Source of the DNA: Parcubacteria group bacterium
GTDB taxonomy: Bacteria; Patescibacteriota; Minisyncoccia; Phycocordibacterales; UBA2135
Assembly: GCA_016204045.1 (NCBI GenBank)
Contig: JACQLQ010000001.1
Location: 106,766 to 170,765 of the forward strand
Reading direction: 5' to 3'
DNA length: 64,000 nucleotides
Made by a program: the position numbers and the translations under genes. Under the pieces are notes generated by a model. It saw only the letters and a program-made list of their open reading frames with translations, did no database searches and was not told the origin of the DNA. Positions 1-7,891 of this stretch are shown piece after piece; the stretch's first letter is position 1; each line of letters begins with the position of its first letter.

Positions 1-119
1 AAAGGACATTTGTCCTTTATGATGTCCTTTAGAATAACAGCTATTAAATCGCAAGGCTTTAGTGTATAGTTAAGCGTAAATAAGCAGAGGTACACATGCT
101 TTGGGGTCAAGCCTCTAGT

Positions 120-190
120 CGGGGCGTAGTATAGTGGTAGTACACATGCTTTGGGAGCATGTAGTCCGAGTTCGATTCTCGGCGCCCCGA
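120..190 (+). tRNA. tRNA-Pro(TGG)
   Basis: Cloverleaf CGGGGCG...CGCCCCG-A; anticodon arm CATGC-TT-TGG-GA-GCATG; GTTCGATTC T-loop; CCA not encoded. Confidence 0.95.
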
Positions 191-300
191 CTGGGGGATT
201 GACCAGAAGCGCCAAAGCGCTTCTGCGGAAATTTCCTCAAGAAGTTTATGTAGTCCGAGTTCGATTCTCGGCGCCTCGTCATTGGAATTAATCAGGTGAG

Positions 301-371
301 CGGGCCGTAGTATAGTGGTAGTACGTATGCATGGGGTGCATATAGTGGGAGTTCGATTCTCCCCGGCCCGA
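301..371 (+). tRNA. tRNA-Pro(GGG)
   Basis: CGGGCCG...CGGCCCG-A; anticodon arm TATGC-AT-GGG-GT-GCATA; GTTCGATTC. Confidence 0.95.
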
Positions 372-377
372 TTTCAA

Positions 378-418
378 AGTAACAAAAACACTTAGCATTG
401 CTAAGTGTTTTTGTTACT
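378..418. terminator. Bidirectional intrinsic terminator
   Basis: 19-bp perfect inverted repeat AGTAACAAAAACACTTAGC / GCTAAGTGTTTTTGTTACT between the convergent tRNA and HD gene. Confidence 0.75.
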
Positions 419-965
419 CAATCACCTCGTCTTTGATAAGGACCCACCATTGTCGTGTGTCGCCCTTAAGCTTTTCATACTCGCGGTCGTAAATGGGACG
501 GAAGTATTCGTTACCCGCCTTCACCTCTTCGTTGCACTTGGCGAGGAGGGACAAGCGGTCAGCGGCTTTCACAATCTGTGCCTCGATTGACTTTTGCTCG
601 CTCTCTTCATTCCAGAGCGCAATGTAGTACTCCTGGAGTTCTTTTGGAAGATCGCTCCAAATACCGTGCACCAGAACTTTGTTTACTTTGCGAATGGCAA
701 GGTTAACTTCTTTTGAATGATGTTTGAAGGGGCTTAAGATGTCGCCGGAGAAACGTTCCTCCATGTCGTGAATGAGCGCCATGGAAGTTACCTTTTCTCG
801 GTTTACTCTTTTACCGTTTTTTTCGAGGAGAAGACAAAGCAGAGAGGCGATGTAGGCGACGAAGAAGGAATGGTCGGCGACGGACTCCTCGAAGTGCTGG
901 GGGTGTCCGCTAAAGCGCACAATGTGTGCGAGTGATCGATCACGAATGTGGTCGAAGATGGGCAT
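414..965 (-). CDS. HD-domain hydrolase, YfbR/5'-deoxynucleotidase-like
   Basis: ESVADHSF, ALIHDMEE, GDI and VKAADRL motifs; start taken at MPIFDH. Confidence 0.85.
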   Translation of the reverse strand: MPIFDHIRDRSLAHIVRFSGHPQHFEESVADHSFFVAYIASLLCLLLEKNGKRVNREKVTSMALIHDMEERFSGDILSPFKHHSKEVNLAIRKVNKVLVHGIWSDLPKELQEYYIALWNEESEQKSIEAQIVKAADRLSLLAKCNEEVKAGNEYFRPIYDREYEKLKGDTRQWWVLIKDEVIE

Positions 966-1069
966 GTCTTCAGTATATCGTATTTGGTATTTGGTATGTA
1001 GTACTTCGTGGTTTGACTTTTTCTGTTTTGAGTAGTATGGTCTGTTCAGACGCAACCACGGGAGTAACC

Positions 1070-2254
1070 ATGGCACGCAAACCTGTTGACGCACATGGCT
1101 CTATTGTGCCGCCCATTCACTTGGGCGTGACGTATGCTCACGCATCTCTCGCAAGTGCTCGCGAGGCCTTTGAAACACTTGGGCATGGATATGCCTATGG
1201 TCGCATGGGTAATCCGACTGTCACAGAGTTCGAGCGTTTCTTGGGGGAGATCGAGGGAGTTCCACAGGCCAATGTTTGGGCTACCAGCTCCGGGCTTTCT
1301 GCTTTGACGCTTCTCGTTTTCGGTTTGACGGCCAAGAGCGCGGGAGGCAAGAAGCGCATTGTTACCTCCTCCTACATTTACGGCGGAGCGTATCACCAAC
1401 TCAAGTTGTGGGCCGATGAGCACGGCTATGACATCGTCTTCCTAAACAACCCCTTCTCACTTGAAGCATGGGATAGTGCTCTTGCAGCAACTCCTGCGGC
1501 ATTTGCACTTCTTGAGACCCCGTGTAACCCGACAATTGACGTTTTTGACATTAGGGCAATTGCCGAAGTCACGAGTCGGTATGGAGTTCCGCTTGTGGTA
1601 GATAATACCCTGGGTGTTGCCCTGCAGAGGCCGCTTGAACTCGGAGCGGATGTTGTCCTGCACTCAACAACCAAAGCAATCAACCGCCAATCCACAGGAC
1701 TGGGCGGGGCACTCATTGCGAGCGCCGCTTTTGTGGCTCGATTCGAAAGTCTGCTCAATGATTTTGACGTCTCAAACGGCCTCATTGCCCACCCGATGTC
1801 GGCGTGGACATCGCTCAATAGCAGAAAAACGCTACGGCGTGACATGCTCGACTTCTCGCGCATCGCCCTCGGTGTTGCCACGTTCCTCAACAAGCATCCA
1901 AAAATCAGAGAAGTGTATTATCCACTTCTACCGTCGAGTCGGAGCTATGACATTGCTCTGCGGCAAATGCCAGATGGTGCTGGCGGACTCTTCTCGTTTA
2001 GAGTCAAGAGTTTCGAGTCAGCCCAAAAGCTTGTCGAACTGCTCAAGGTGCCCTATCTCGCACCACACTTGGGACACAGCGAGTCACTCGTGATCCATCC
2101 GGCTTCAACCACGCACGGTAAGCTTACCCCCGAGCAGTTGGCTAGTGTAAACATCGCTCCAGAAATGGTTCGGTACTCTGTCGGCCTCGGCGTGCCCGAA
2201 GATGTCATCAGAGAAATTACGGAAGACTTCGCCCAGGCGCTTGATCAAATCTAA
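1070..2254 (+). CDS. PLP-dependent trans-sulfuration family enzyme (cystathionine gamma-synthase/lyase, Met gamma-lyase or sulfhydrylase-like)
   Basis: YGRMGNPT, ETPCNPT, VVDNT, HSTTK (PLP lysine) and HPASTTH motifs; GGAG upstream of ATG 1070. Confidence 0.9.
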   Translation: MARKPVDAHGSIVPPIHLGVTYAHASLASAREAFETLGHGYAYGRMGNPTVTEFERFLGEIEGVPQANVWATSSGLSALTLLVFGLTAKSAGGKKRIVTSSYIYGGAYHQLKLWADEHGYDIVFLNNPFSLEAWDSALAATPAAFALLETPCNPTIDVFDIRAIAEVTSRYGVPLVVDNTLGVALQRPLELGADVVLHSTTKAINRQSTGLGGALIASAAFVARFESLLNDFDVSNGLIAHPMSAWTSLNSRKTLRRDMLDFSRIALGVATFLNKHPKIREVYYPLLPSSRSYDIALRQMPDGAGGLFSFRVKSFESAQKLVELLKVPYLAPHLGHSESLVIHPASTTHGKLTPEQLASVNIAPEMVRYSVGLGVPEDVIREITEDFAQALDQI

Positions 2255-2589
2255 TTTTAAGTTACGGTCGGGTTCCCCCCGGCCGTTTTTTGTTGCCTCC
2301 TGAACACGCGCGGAGTTATTCACAGTATTTGCATTTTTGCAGAGTATGCTATAGTTTATTTCAACACCCTTTTTAGGGGTTAATTTGTTCTCCCTACCGA
2401 GCTACTCCGGCTTTCGCCTCTGCCAAATAGCGGAGACGGAATTGCTACGGGGCAAGAGACAGCACATTGGTATTATCCATTAATGAGGGTTCATTTCGAA
2501 TTCTGTTTTTGGAAAAGATTTTCGAAATGGGCTCTTTCACCCCACCACATTTCGACGCAAGGAGAAATGTCTCAAGGTCTTCATCTGAG

Positions 2590-3018
2590 ATGAAACAGTC
2601 GGGGAGCGTTGATCAGGCGTTTGATTTTTTCAATTGCGAAAATATCGACGCGCTGGTCCAGAGCACTATTCGTCAAAAACTCGAACGGTGCATACAAGAG
2701 TCGGGGTTTACGTTTATCGAGTCGGTATTTCACAAGTTTAAGGGATTTGGCGAAGGGTATAGCTTTCTCGCTATTATCGGAGAATCACACGTTGCCATAC
2801 ACACATGGCCCGAGAAGGGGGCGGCGGAAATAACGCTTCATTATTGCGATTTCTCTCGTAACAACGGAGAAAAGGCGGAAGAACTCATCAAGCTTTACAA
2901 AGAGATTTTTCGGCCGGCACGCATAAGCGCTTACAAGACAAGGATTCGTTGTGTTGTGGAGCCAATACAAACAACATGGAACAAAAAAAGACAAACAATG
3001 AAAAAGAGTTTGGCGTAG
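2590..3018 (+). CDS. S-adenosylmethionine decarboxylase-family pyruvoyl proenzyme (copy 1)
   Basis: GESHVAIHTWPE autocleavage motif and downstream Cys; start uncertain. Confidence 0.8.
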   Translation: MKQSGSVDQAFDFFNCENIDALVQSTIRQKLERCIQESGFTFIESVFHKFKGFGEGYSFLAIIGESHVAIHTWPEKGAAEITLHYCDFSRNNGEKAEELIKLYKEIFRPARISAYKTRIRCVVEPIQTTWNKKRQTMKKSLA

Positions 3019-3356
3019 AGCTCATCCTCGACCTTATTGATTGTGATAAGGATGCCATTAGCTCAAAAGAGCATATCACTGCGTACGCAAAAGAACTTTG
3101 CCGCGTTATTGAGATGAAGCCATTTGGCGAGCCATTTGTTGAGCGGTTTGGACTCGGTAAGGACTTCACAGCCGGATACTCATTGGTGCAACTTATCGAG
3201 ACGAGCTCAATCACTGGACACTTCTCCGAGCTCTGGGGAAGGGCGTATATCAACATTTTCTCGTGTGCAGAGTTCGACACCAATCGGGCCGCAGAGTTTA
3301 CGATGAAACACTTTGGGGCGAAAGATGCCAACAAGCACGTGTTGCATCGTGGGTAG
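2976..3356 (+). CDS. S-adenosylmethionine decarboxylase-family proenzyme (copy 2, ETS type)
   Basis: GVELILDLIDC, GYSLVQLIETSSITGHF and NIFSC motifs. Confidence 0.8.
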   Translation: MEQKKTNNEKEFGVELILDLIDCDKDAISSKEHITAYAKELCRVIEMKPFGEPFVERFGLGKDFTAGYSLVQLIETSSITGHFSELWGRAYINIFSCAEFDTNRAAEFTMKHFGAKDANKHVLHRG

Positions 3357-3433
3357 GGAAAGGGACGGACGCGACAGAATGAGTCTGTTATACTAATAAC
3401 AGAAACTTGATGGACAACTGACGGAGACCAATC

Positions 3434-3703
3434 ATGGCCGTTTTTCTTGCCGCGGTACTTTGTGTCGTAGATAACGAAGGTGAGAATGCTCGTTTTGATG
3501 TACGCACCTCTGTTATCCTCGCCGACTCGGCTAAGGATGCCGAGGCTACTGCGCTCGTCGAGTGGCGGGAGACGAACCCTGAGTGGGCTAAACCAACAGA
3601 CGAGATCATTCAGAGGGTGCACGCTACGGAACTTTCAGTAGAGCAGTTGTCCCAATGCGCTTCCTGTGCGCGGAGGGAAGCGGAGATCACAAGAAAATCT
3701 TGA
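3434..3703 (+). CDS. Hypothetical protein
   Basis: 89-aa ORF with GGAG upstream and a terminator hairpin downstream. Confidence 0.5.
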   Translation: MAVFLAAVLCVVDNEGENARFDVRTSVILADSAKDAEATALVEWRETNPEWAKPTDEIIQRVHATELSVEQLSQCASCARREAEITRKS

Positions 3704-3772
3704 GAAACTTTGGTTACTCACAACAAACAAACCCGACACTAGTCGGGCTTTTTGTTGGCACTTACATAAGGT

Positions 3773-4816
3773 CTAATATGGCCGCTCTTTTTCCATGTCG
3801 CTCGAATACTCGCCCTTGGTGGCCAAGGCGTTCATCTTGGAGCGGAAGAGAAGTGCTTCTACGGCTTTTGCGCTGTTTTTGTCAGGATTTTGAGCCCAGA
3901 TTTTAAGCACGGGGTTTTGGATGGCGCGGGAATATGAGAATGAAAGCGGCCACGGTAATTTGTCTGCCGTGAGCGCAGTCGAACGGTTCATTTCGTTCAA
4001 GTTCTCTGTTGCCTGTTCGTCACCTTGACCCCCAGAAAGGAAGACGACACCCGCAAGTTCGCTTGGTACTGCCTCCTTTAGGGCGCGCACGGTCTCTCGC
4101 GCCACCTCTTCAGGAGTTGACTGTCGTGCTGCTTCTTTACCAGCAATAACCATACTTGCCTTCAAGATAACACCAGGCAAAAAGACATCTTGTCCCGCGA
4201 GCTCTTCGAAAAGCTTTTTTTGTGTTTTCACCGTTACCTCGTAGCATGTTTCAATAGAATGATCTCCGTCGATCAAAACTTCTGGCTCAACGATGGGGAC
4301 GATGTCCACTTCCTGGCAGAGCGCTGCGTAGCGTGCCATTGCGTGGGCATGGGCGTGGATACACGCGTCGGTTGGGATACTGCTTCCTATGGTAATCACA
4401 GCACGCCATTTTGCGAATGTCGCACCGAGGGTCTTGTATTCTGCAAGTCGCTCGCGCAACCCGTCTAATCCTTCTGTAATTTTTTCGCCTGGATGTAGTG
4501 CTAACTCTTTTAGTCCAGCATCAACCTTGATACCAGGGAGGATACCTTTATCGACAAGAACTTTGGCAAAGGGTCTGCCATCGGAAGTTCTTTGGCGAAT
4601 AGTTTCATCAAAAAGAATGATACCGCTCACGTACTCTTCGAGACCGTCGGCCGTGATGATGATTTCCCTATAACGTCTACGGTTTTCTTCTGTTGAGGGA
4701 ATTCCTACCGCATCAAATCGCTTTTTCGAGGTTGAGGCACTTTCGTCTGCCGCAATAATCCCTTTTCCAGGTGCGACCATTTGTTTCGCAACCCTTTGCA
4801 ACACGTCTTGGTTCAT
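3773..4816 (-). CDS. fba: Fructose-bisphosphate aldolase class I
   Basis: GKGIIAADES, GIKVD, FAKWR, VPIVEPEV, FLSGGQ and SYSRA motifs. Confidence 0.95.
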   Translation of the reverse strand: MNQDVLQRVAKQMVAPGKGIIAADESASTSKKRFDAVGIPSTEENRRRYREIIITADGLEEYVSGIILFDETIRQRTSDGRPFAKVLVDKGILPGIKVDAGLKELALHPGEKITEGLDGLRERLAEYKTLGATFAKWRAVITIGSSIPTDACIHAHAHAMARYAALCQEVDIVPIVEPEVLIDGDHSIETCYEVTVKTQKKLFEELAGQDVFLPGVILKASMVIAGKEAARQSTPEEVARETVRALKEAVPSELAGVVFLSGGQGDEQATENLNEMNRSTALTADKLPWPLSFSYSRAIQNPVLKIWAQNPDKNSAKAVEALLFRSKMNALATKGEYSSDMEKERPY

Positions 4817-4851
4817 AGATTCTTTCTTTTGTTTATAAACTAGCAAATGTA

Positions 4852-5637
4852 TTAAGAAATTTTCCCGCTTTGTATAAGTGAGAGCAACTCTTCATGGAGT
4901 ATGCCATTAGAACAGAGCTGCCCGTCCATCTCTGTATCATACCGCTTGGGAACGTTTCCGTGTAGGTCAGTAACCACACCACCAGCTTCCCGGACGATGA
5001 TTGCCGAGGCCGCCATGTCGTGTGGGGGTCTGCCGCCGAAGAAAGAGGCGGCAAACTCGCCTTGAGCAACCAAACCGGCCATGTAGTGGGTAGAGAGACC
5101 AGTGATGAAGGAAATACCCTTGTCATAGCCCTCTTCCATGGCGGGGAAGAAATTAAACACTTTCTTCATCTTGCCCATGCCGATAAGAGCGCTTTTAAGT
5201 GAAGCGTGCTTCGAGACAGTAATGCGCTTACCATTCACGTATGCTCCCTTTCCTTTTTCTGCGCTCCACATTCGATCAAGGAATGGGTCGTAGATAATAC
5301 CGAGCACAGGTTCACCATTTTGGATGAGCGCAAGCGCAAACGTTGCCGTGGGTATGCCGTGCGCAAAGTTGTGCGTTCCGTCCACAGGGTCGCAGATCCA
5401 AACATTGTCGCTATTCTCTAGACAGTCATTACCTTCCTCTGAAAGTATGCTACAGGTCGGGTAGCAGCTTCGGAGTTTCTTCAGAACCATCTCGTTCACG
5501 AGGAGATCGGTCGCAGTGACGGGGGAGCGCTCGTCCTTCCACTCCTTCGCCATGTTACTCGAAAAGTTTTTGCGAATAACCTCACCAGCTGCGCGGGCAA
5601 GGGAGGAGGCCACTTCCATGGGTATGGGGTTCGGCAT
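4852..5637 (-). CDS. Inositol monophosphatase family protein
   Basis: PVTATD, SEE, WICDPVDGTHNFAHG and HDMAA motifs. Confidence 0.9.
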   Translation of the reverse strand: MPNPIPMEVASSLARAAGEVIRKNFSSNMAKEWKDERSPVTATDLLVNEMVLKKLRSCYPTCSILSEEGNDCLENSDNVWICDPVDGTHNFAHGIPTATFALALIQNGEPVLGIIYDPFLDRMWSAEKGKGAYVNGKRITVSKHASLKSALIGMGKMKKVFNFFPAMEEGYDKGISFITGLSTHYMAGLVAQGEFAASFFGGRPPHDMAASAIIVREAGGVVTDLHGNVPKRYDTEMDGQLCSNGILHEELLSLIQSGKIS

Positions 5638-5710
5638 AGAGATAACTATAAGTATAACCCGTAACTCGATTCCCGAGTCACCTAGCCGGAAATGGGAAAG
5701 TATTGTTATG

Positions 5711-5781
5711 TGGACTCACCGGGAATCGAACCCGGGCCTCGGCAATGCGAATGCCGCGTAATACCACTTTACTATGAGCCC
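5711..5781 (-). tRNA. tRNA-Ala(CGC)
   Basis: Minus strand GGGCTCA...TGAGTCC-A with G3:U70; anticodon arm CGGCA-TT-CGC-AT-TGCCG. Confidence 0.93.
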
Positions 5782-5790
5782 CCCTACCTC

Positions 5791-6014
5791 TAATCGGGGT
5801 GGGCAGACGCTTCGCTATCTCACTCTTTGGAAACCCACGTCCCTATTGCCTGCCAGCATACGCTGGCAACGGCAATTTCGCTTTGCGAATCGGATGAAAA
5901 GCAAAGCAGTTTGCTTTTCATTTCTACTCCGCCCCTCGACGGGCTCGGGGCTGCCTTCCTCCACGGGAAAACTACAGTTTTCCCGACCCCTTTCGTGTTC
6001 GGTTCTGCCCACCC
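5791..6014 (-). ncRNA. tRNA-linked structured element, copy A (3' of tRNA-Pro CGG)
   Basis: Core shared with 15269-15396; flanked by an antisense copy and a direct copy of the 3' end of tRNA-Pro(CGG); several hairpins. Confidence 0.65.
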
Positions 6015-6064
6015 TCTAAAAATATACTACACAAACAAAAAAGTTTGTTTCGTCATTTTTATAA

Positions 6065-6135
6065 TCGGGGTGGGCAGAATCGAACTGCCGCTACGGAGTC
6101 CCGAACCCCGCGTACTACCACTATACTACACCCCG
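6065..6135 (-). tRNA. tRNA-Pro(CGG)
   Basis: Minus strand CGGGGTG...CACCCCG-A; anticodon arm CGGGG-TT-CGG-GA-CTCCG. Confidence 0.95.
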
Positions 6136-6136
6136 A

Positions 6137-6210
6137 TGGGCGATGGAGGATTCGAACCTCCGACCTCTGCAATGTGAATGCAGCGCTCTAACCAGCTGAG
6201 CTAATCGCCC
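6137..6210 (-). tRNA. tRNA-Val(CAC)
   Basis: Minus strand GGGCGAT...ATCGCCC-A; anticodon arm CTGCA-TT-CAC-AT-TGCAG. Confidence 0.95.
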
Positions 6211-6339
6211 TGTTTCGCAAAAAGAATACCAAAAAATCCACGGTTTTACAATGAACGATACCGCGCTGTCTTCTACAAGATTGCGCGTTGATAATACTTC
6301 GTGTATGGTCTTTGGTAGAAACATCTCGTAGGGGATGTC

Positions 6340-6603
6340 ATGGCTACGCAAGAACAGGCTCGTGCAGTTTTGAATTCTATGAAAAAAGATCTTCGCGAGA
6401 AACGTGTTGGTAGTAGTTTGAGCCGAGACGCTCGTGGGAATTGGTTCATAACACTCCGGGTAACGCGGCCCCTTAAGGATGGGACTTTTCCGAAACAGAA
6501 AGACGGCGTACGGATTGAACAGAAGTTTGTCGGGAGGATTCGCGCTCTGCCGAAGGATTCGGAGACAAAGAAAAAGCGTCCGACAAGACGAAGACGAGCG
6601 TAA
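6340..6603 (+). CDS. Small basic hypothetical protein
   Basis: 87-aa Lys/Arg-rich ORF; GGGGA upstream; hairpin downstream. Confidence 0.55.
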   Translation: MATQEQARAVLNSMKKDLREKRVGSSLSRDARGNWFITLRVTRPLKDGTFPKQKDGVRIEQKFVGRIRALPKDSETKKKRPTRRRRA

Positions 6604-6767
6604 CAATTCAACATAAAAAAGCCAAAGGTCGTCTTCGGACGTCCTTTTTGTTATGATAAAGAGCCCAATCGGGAGTAATCCACAGGACGCTTGTGGCAAT
6701 CTCTTAGGAGGGGTATACTACGGAAGTACATAAAAAGTGCCTATAAACTAACCCCAAAATCTTTTTT

Positions 6768-7016
6768 ATGGCGAATGCAGCCCTAACAAAACCATTGAAC
6801 TTATCTGCTGACCTCGAGGCCGTTGTGGGCAAGGGTCCAATGCCGCGTTCAGAAGTTGTTAAGCAAATATGGGTCTACATTAAGAAGCATGACCTACAGA
6901 ACCCTAAGAACAAACGCAATATTTTGGCCGACGAAAAACTCAAGGCTGTGTTCGGGGGCAAGAGCGAAGTTACGATGTTTGAGATGACAAAGCTTGTGTC
7001 AGCCCACATGAAATAA
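6768..7016 (+). CDS. Stand-alone SWIB/MDM2 domain protein
   Basis: LEAVVG..MPRSEVVKQIWVYIKKHDLQNPKNKRNILADEKL..VFG signature. Confidence 0.92.
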   Translation: MANAALTKPLNLSADLEAVVGKGPMPRSEVVKQIWVYIKKHDLQNPKNKRNILADEKLKAVFGGKSEVTMFEMTKLVSAHMK

Positions 7017-7120
7017 GGGTATTTTAGAGACGTTAAGCAAAAAACAAAAAACTCTGCCAACTGGTGGGGTTTTTTGTTTTACTAAATATCAAAATCCCCC
7101 AGAATTATCCGGGGGATTCT

Positions 7121-7786
7121 CTACTGCTTAAGACGAAGCGTCACGAATTCAATGACTGCAACAGTGGGAATGCCACATGAATTGAGCCACATGCGCATCT
7201 CTCGCACAATGTTTCCGTAAAGACCAGAGGGCAATGTGACCAGGAATACCGAATCTCGCGCTCCAGGGTTGTCCTTTGCGCGGTACCAGAGGGCATCATC
7301 CGCTGTTCCCATTTGCATTCTCACTTCACGGCTTGAGGCATCGCGATCACGCAGTTGCACAACAGGGATACTGCGCTCTCCTCCGGGGTTCATCGGACCG
7401 TATCGTCCAGTCATCATGTTCAGCGCTACGGTGAGAGGATCACCTTCACCACTCCGCGGAATATATTCTTTAACCTCGGTTTTGTCGTCGCTACGCGTTG
7501 TTCGTATGCGAAAGAGCCTGCTTCTAAAGGTGTTGTCCGGAGCAAGAAACATTTCTGAGGTGTATTCGTATGTGGCATTCTTCAAGGGTCCACTTACTTC
7601 TAGCTTGAGCCGCGCGCCAGAAACACCCGCTGCGGTCCCCTCAAAAATAAATGCTCCCTCGATTGTGTGCCCGAGGAAAGAGTCAGACACGTACTCAAGC
7701 CGCTGCGGGACGACGCATTGGGCAAATGCTTCAAGCGGCCAGATAAAAAACAAAAGAAGAGCATACAAGAAGGCGCCGCGTTTCAT
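7121..7786 (-). CDS. Secreted hypothetical protein (beta-rich, possibly DUF3108-like)
   Basis: Signal peptide MKRGAFLYALLLFFIWPLEAFA; DPLT motif. Confidence 0.55.
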   Translation of the reverse strand: MKRGAFLYALLLFFIWPLEAFAQCVVPQRLEYVSDSFLGHTIEGAFIFEGTAAGVSGARLKLEVSGPLKNATYEYTSEMFLAPDNTFRSRLFRIRTTRSDDKTEVKEYIPRSGEGDPLTVALNMMTGRYGPMNPGGERSIPVVQLRDRDASSREVRMQMGTADDALWYRAKDNPGARDSVFLVTLPSGLYGNIVREMRMWLNSCGIPTVAVIEFVTLRLKQ

Positions 7787-7891
7787 GACAATTCCATCGC
7801 TACATTCTTCGCGTAGTATAGCCCGCGCCAATAGTGTGTCAACAAAAACCCCGCGTCATGAGACACGGAGTTACGAAATAAATATGGCGAC

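Noticed and set aside
5774-6177. ORFs of 65-116 aa over the tRNA-linked element, and similar ORFs at 15151-15490
   Set aside because: They overlap tRNAs and hairpin DNA. Their shared peptide (TLRYLTLWKP) only reflects the shared nucleotide core and is not preceded by a consistent start.
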